A DNA stretch of 32,000 bases, taken from the NCBI RefSeq assembly GCF_013365435.1, contig NZ_CP046577.1, positions 900,001 through 932,000 of the forward strand. The letters run 5' to 3'. Position numbers and translations under genes: made by a program. Under the pieces are notes generated by a model. The model did not search any database. It was given only the letters and a program-made list of their open reading frames with translations, and was not told where the DNA came from. Positions 28,239 through 32,000 of the stretch are shown piece after piece (positions within the stretch are counted from its first letter, which is position 1; each line of letters opens with the position of its first letter). Source of the DNA: Wolbachia endosymbiont of Litomosoides sigmodontis (GTDB taxonomy: Bacteria; Pseudomonadota; Alphaproteobacteria; Rickettsiales; Anaplasmataceae).

Positions 28239-28869
28239 AGCACTTTCCTAGCACCTCTTTTTGAAGCCGCTAGCTTTAAGCTAGATGATATTTCACTTTC
28301 ACTTAATATCTAACTTATATTAAACACTTCGCTGTTATTTGTTACTAAAGCAGTTGATGTTGTTTAACCAAATAATATTCCACTACCACTTAACATTGAG
28401 CTTGCACTAAATATTTCGTTATCATTTATTGTGCGTGCTTGTCATTTGATGACACCTCACTATCCTTGACGTACATCAAATACTTTACTGTTACTTATTA
28501 AGCTTGGATTGAAAGTTAAGAAAGCGTGAGCTTTACTCTTTTTAAGAGGCTCGATTATTCTTAATCTTTGGCCTAACTTTTATTGGTACTACTTCACATT
28601 TTATTGAAGCAGAATCAAAAATAACCAGCCTACCAATAGGCTTTACAATTCTGCTAGCTGATTTATACTTCTTTGGACTTTCTTTTTACTCATCTTGAGT
28701 TGAGTTTTCAATTTTTTAATACAACTCAACTTTAAATGTTAATTATTAACTATGTGCAAATACTATTTTGGTACAAAAGTTTCTAAGCTATTTGTAAAGC
28801 AAGGAAACAAAGACTTAACTTCTGCAGCTAAATAATGGACTATCAAGGGCACACATAAATATCTCTACA

Positions 28870-31419
28870 ATGCAAAAAAAAACTTTCACAATTATCGATG
28901 GTTACAGCTTTCTTTTTAGAGCTTATTACGTTTTGCATCATTTAACTACCACAACCGGTATGCCAATAGGTGCTGTATACGGATTTCTGAATATGGTTCT
29001 AAAGTATATCATACATTCAGATTACTTAACCATAGTACTTGACTCCGGTAAAAAAAATTTCAGACATGATTTATACCCTGAGTATAAAGCAAACAGAGTC
29101 ATTCCTCCTGAAGATTTAATTCCACAATTTACAATACTGAGGGAAGCAATAGAAGCTTTTAACCTCAGTTACGAAGAGATCGAAGGCTATGAAGCAGATG
29201 ATATAATTGCAACACTAGCTACAAAATATGCCAACCACCAAGATTTTAAAATAGTAATAATTTCATCAGATAAAGATTTGCTTCAGCTCTTGAACTACAA
29301 CGTTTTAATATTTGATCCTATCAAAAATATATACATAGATGAAAAACAAATAATGGAAAAATTTGGTGTAAACTTAAACAAGCTTCTTGATTTATTTTCT
29401 CTTACTGGAGATGCATCCGATAACATTCCTGGTGTTCCAGGAATAGGCCCAAAGACCGCAGCTAAATTGCTAGATGAATTTGATTCATTAAACAATATTA
29501 TAAAAAACATCAATAACATCAAGCAAACAAGAATACGTAATATCCTCAATGAGCATAAAGAAAAAGCGTTAATTTCAAGAGAACTTTTATCACTATGTAA
29601 AAAAGTTAATCTCCAACATGACGCAGTAAAATATAAGATTCTCTCTCCAAATATGGATAAATTATTATCTTTTTTAAAGAAGTATGAATTAAATTCCTTG
29701 ATAAATAAAGTAGAAAAGCTTTTTTCTTATAATGAACCTAATATAAAAGAGAAAACAGAATATAGCAATGAAGCACTAGAAAAATTTTTGGAACACTGCA
29801 GATACAAAGACAAAATTGCAATTTATTGCCATTTTGAAAAAAAAATACTTAGTAAAATCTCCCTATCTTGTAATGAAGATAATATTTTCTACATAGACCA
29901 AAACTATTTACAAGATGGACTTATTACAATCAATTCAATTCTATTTTCAAAGGGGATACTTAAAATAATACATGATATCAGAGAAATCAGAAAAATCATT
30001 CCTACAATAGAAAAAGTACTTAGCTCAGTTGACGATTTGATGATAATGTCACACAGCCTAGACACAGGAAAACATGATCATAGCATTCCAAACATAATCG
30101 CACATAATTTGAGTAAAAATATAGAGACCTTTTCAGCAAAAACTTTAATAGAAATTCATAAAAAACTGAAACAAAGGTTATTTCAGGAAAAGCTTTTTAC
30201 AATTTACGAGCGCTTCGATAAGCCGCTTACAAAAGTAATACTTAACATGGAAAAAAATGGAATATTACTAAATATTCAAAAACTACAAAAATTGTCTGAT
30301 AAATTCCAACAGCTAATCGCTATACTTGAAAATGACATATATGATTTGGCAGGAGAAAAGTTTAACATTGCCTCACAAAAACAATTAAGTGATGTTCTCT
30401 TTAATAAGATGGAGCTTAATAAGAAAAAAAAGTTGAAATCTGGGTCATATAGCACAAACTCCTCAGTACTAGAGGAACTTAAAATAGAAGGAGTTAAAAT
30501 TGCAAGCAAAATTTTAGATTGGCGACATTTAAGTAAATTAAAAGACACCTACACTGACGCACTAATAAAGCAAGTTGACCCGCTTAATGGCAGAATACAC
30601 ACAAATTTCTCAACAACTATAACTGCAACTGGAAAGCTCAATTCAAGCAACCCTAATTTGCAGAATATTCCTATCAGGAGCGAAGAAGGAAATCTTATTA
30701 GACAGGCATTTATTGCGCCAAAGGGATACAAGATAATCTCTTCTGATTACTCACAGATAGAACTAAGGCTTCTAGCACACATCGCAAATGTTGCTTCGTT
30801 TAAAGAAGCTTTTGCAAATGGAAAGGATATTCATAACATTACTGCAGAACAAGTCCTTGGAGTGCAAAAGGGCATAGAAGTTAATGAACAATTAAGGCGC
30901 AAAGCAAAATCTATTAATTTTGAAATTATATATGGAATAAGCCCTTTTGGCCTTGCAAAACGTCTTGGAATTTCCATTGAGAAAGCTAATGAGTACATTA
31001 ATTACTACTTCTCCTGTTACCCAGAAATAAAGATCTATATGGAAAAAGCAGTGTCTATCGCGAGACAGGATGGTTATATAGAAACTTTGTTTGGCAGAAG
31101 ATGCTTTGTAAAAGACATAAACAACACAATTCCTTATCTAAGACAATTTGCGGAAAGAGCGGCAATAAATGCACCACTGCAAGGAACTGCCGCTGATATA
31201 ATAAAACGTGCAATGATTCAGCTTTTTGATCAATTAAAAACAGGCAAAATAATCCTCCAAGTTCATAATGAGCTATTAGTTGAAGTAGAGGATAAAAAAG
31301 TACAAGAAACAGCAAAACTTATGAAAGATGTAATGGAAAATGTAGTGAAAATTTCTATACCACTTAAGGTAGAGGTAAAAATCAGTGATAACTGGGGAGC
31401 AATCAGACAAACATTGTGA
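28870..31419 (+). CDS. polA: DNA polymerase I (5'-nuclease + degenerate 3'-5' exo-like linker + family A polymerase domain)
   Basis: In the 849-aa ORF the 5'-nuclease motifs are intact: IIDGYSFLFRAYY, YKANR, GYEADDIIATLA, SSDKDLLQL and LTGDASDNIPGVPGIGPKTA. The polymerase motifs are A DYSQIELRLLAH, B RRKAKSINFEIIYG and C QVHNEL (normally QVHDEL). Confidence 0.95.
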   Translation: MQKKTFTIIDGYSFLFRAYYVLHHLTTTTGMPIGAVYGFLNMVLKYIIHSDYLTIVLDSGKKNFRHDLYPEYKANRVIPPEDLIPQFTILREAIEAFNLSYEEIEGYEADDIIATLATKYANHQDFKIVIISSDKDLLQLLNYNVLIFDPIKNIYIDEKQIMEKFGVNLNKLLDLFSLTGDASDNIPGVPGIGPKTAAKLLDEFDSLNNIIKNINNIKQTRIRNILNEHKEKALISRELLSLCKKVNLQHDAVKYKILSPNMDKLLSFLKKYELNSLINKVEKLFSYNEPNIKEKTEYSNEALEKFLEHCRYKDKIAIYCHFEKKILSKISLSCNEDNIFYIDQNYLQDGLITINSILFSKGILKIIHDIREIRKIIPTIEKVLSSVDDLMIMSHSLDTGKHDHSIPNIIAHNLSKNIETFSAKTLIEIHKKLKQRLFQEKLFTIYERFDKPLTKVILNMEKNGILLNIQKLQKLSDKFQQLIAILENDIYDLAGEKFNIASQKQLSDVLFNKMELNKKKKLKSGSYSTNSSVLEELKIEGVKIASKILDWRHLSKLKDTYTDALIKQVDPLNGRIHTNFSTTITATGKLNSSNPNLQNIPIRSEEGNLIRQAFIAPKGYKIISSDYSQIELRLLAHIANVASFKEAFANGKDIHNITAEQVLGVQKGIEVNEQLRRKAKSINFEIIYGISPFGLAKRLGISIEKANEYINYYFSCYPEIKIYMEKAVSIARQDGYIETLFGRRCFVKDINNTIPYLRQFAERAAINAPLQGTAADIIKRAMIQLFDQLKTGKIILQVHNELLVEVEDKKVQETAKLMKDVMENVVKISIPLKVEVKISDNWGAIRQTL

Positions 31420-31793
31420 TTCAAGAGACCGGTAGATGTTATTTAAGCAGCTCATAGAAATGCAAAAAAATGCTTGGACATACCTCGGTCAGCTCTTTTA
31501 TCATGGAATTATTTTATATACCTTCGAATGCGATTAAAATAAGATCTTGTGTTTAGCGTACTGTTTGTTTAATTTTTTGCACCAATGCCATCCATAACGT
31601 CTTTATAAAAAAATCTCTAAGTTTTCACCTACATAAGCTAAAACGTGTTTATAAAGCGTTTAAGACATCATCCAACCATCAAATTTTTAAAATCAAAGAG
31701 TTAGTAACTAGCTACTCTATAGTTTTTTACCATTTTTCTTCCTGGTAAATTTCTTAAATACTTGTAGCCCAAATTAGTTGTATTTAAAAGCAG

Positions 31794-32000
31794 CCAATAC
31801 TAATTCCCACTGTATAAAGGGACGGATAGAAAATTAATGAAAAAGAAGCCATACTGAAGTAAATAAAATAGCGAGATTTAAATAGCATTTGAAATCAAAA
31901 TTATTGGATAAAAAAAGTCGTGGAATCAGCAAAAAAAATGCTGAAGAAGTCCGAAATAAACATATATGTTGCAAAAAAACTAAATGCTGTAATTGCAGTA
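31794..32000 (+). mobile_element. IS630-family element, 5' end (continues beyond the window)
   Basis: The left end is AATACTAATTCCCACTGTATAAAGGGACGGATAG. It is followed by a frameshifted HTH region (..KSKLLDKKSRGISKKNAEEVRNKHICCKKTKCCNCS in the wrong frame), homologous to the other copies. Confidence 0.75.

Noticed and set aside
4297-32000. Could the repeated ~1-kb units be a CRISPR array or another regularly spaced repeat system?
   Set aside because: The repeat units are ~0.4-1.2 kb and occur in both orientations. They carry transposase-derived coding remnants and TIR-like ends. Spacing is irregular and there are no short direct repeats with unique spacers.
1-32000. tRNA, rRNA, tmRNA or other structured RNA genes; prophage WO, cif, T4SS, toxin-antitoxin or defence loci
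   Set aside because: No GC-rich, cloverleaf-like or otherwise structured islands stand out in any intergenic stretch. None of the translated ORFs or fragments shows motifs of these systems. This absence rests on by-eye scanning only; tRNAscan, Infernal and HMM searches would be needed to be definitive.

Overview
The window is AT-rich, and its gene content and protein style point to a Wolbachia-like (Anaplasmataceae/Rickettsiales) endosymbiont chromosome. That assignment rests on my recognition of the proteins, not on a database search.

Fifteen apparently intact genes are present, plus one edge-truncated, frameshifted PpiD-like gene:
- rho
- a DUF1013 protein
- two copies of guaB
- a secreted TPR protein
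- ubiB-znuC
- a znuA-like gene
- ndk
- an orphan membrane protein translationally coupled to hemH
- a second orphan membrane protein
- a GshA-type glutamate-cysteine ligase
- hslVU
- polA

About 7.4 kb (~23%) of the window is degenerate copies of a single ~1.1-1.2 kb IS630-family element. None of them is intact. Between them lie unassignable eroded gene remnants.

I found no rRNA, tRNA or CRISPR array, and no recognisable prophage, secretion, toxin or defence module. I cannot honestly point to a novel multi-gene system here.

The observations most worth a second look are:
1. An IS-bracketed tandem duplication of guaB (IS-guaB-IS-guaB-IS). Its mosaic identity pattern indicates gene conversion.
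2. polA has a D->N change at the motif C catalytic aspartate and a G->E change in motif B, while the 5'-nuclease motifs are intact.
3. hemH carries an in-frame insertion that looks like a Rickettsiales-type palindromic repeat.
4. An A9 tract frameshifts the 5' end of the PpiD-like gene.
5. IS remnants recur as head-to-head inverted pairs. One pair has a 996-bp, 99.4%-identical tract that excludes the element tips.
6. The znuA-like and znuC genes diverge from start codons that overlap by 9 bp.
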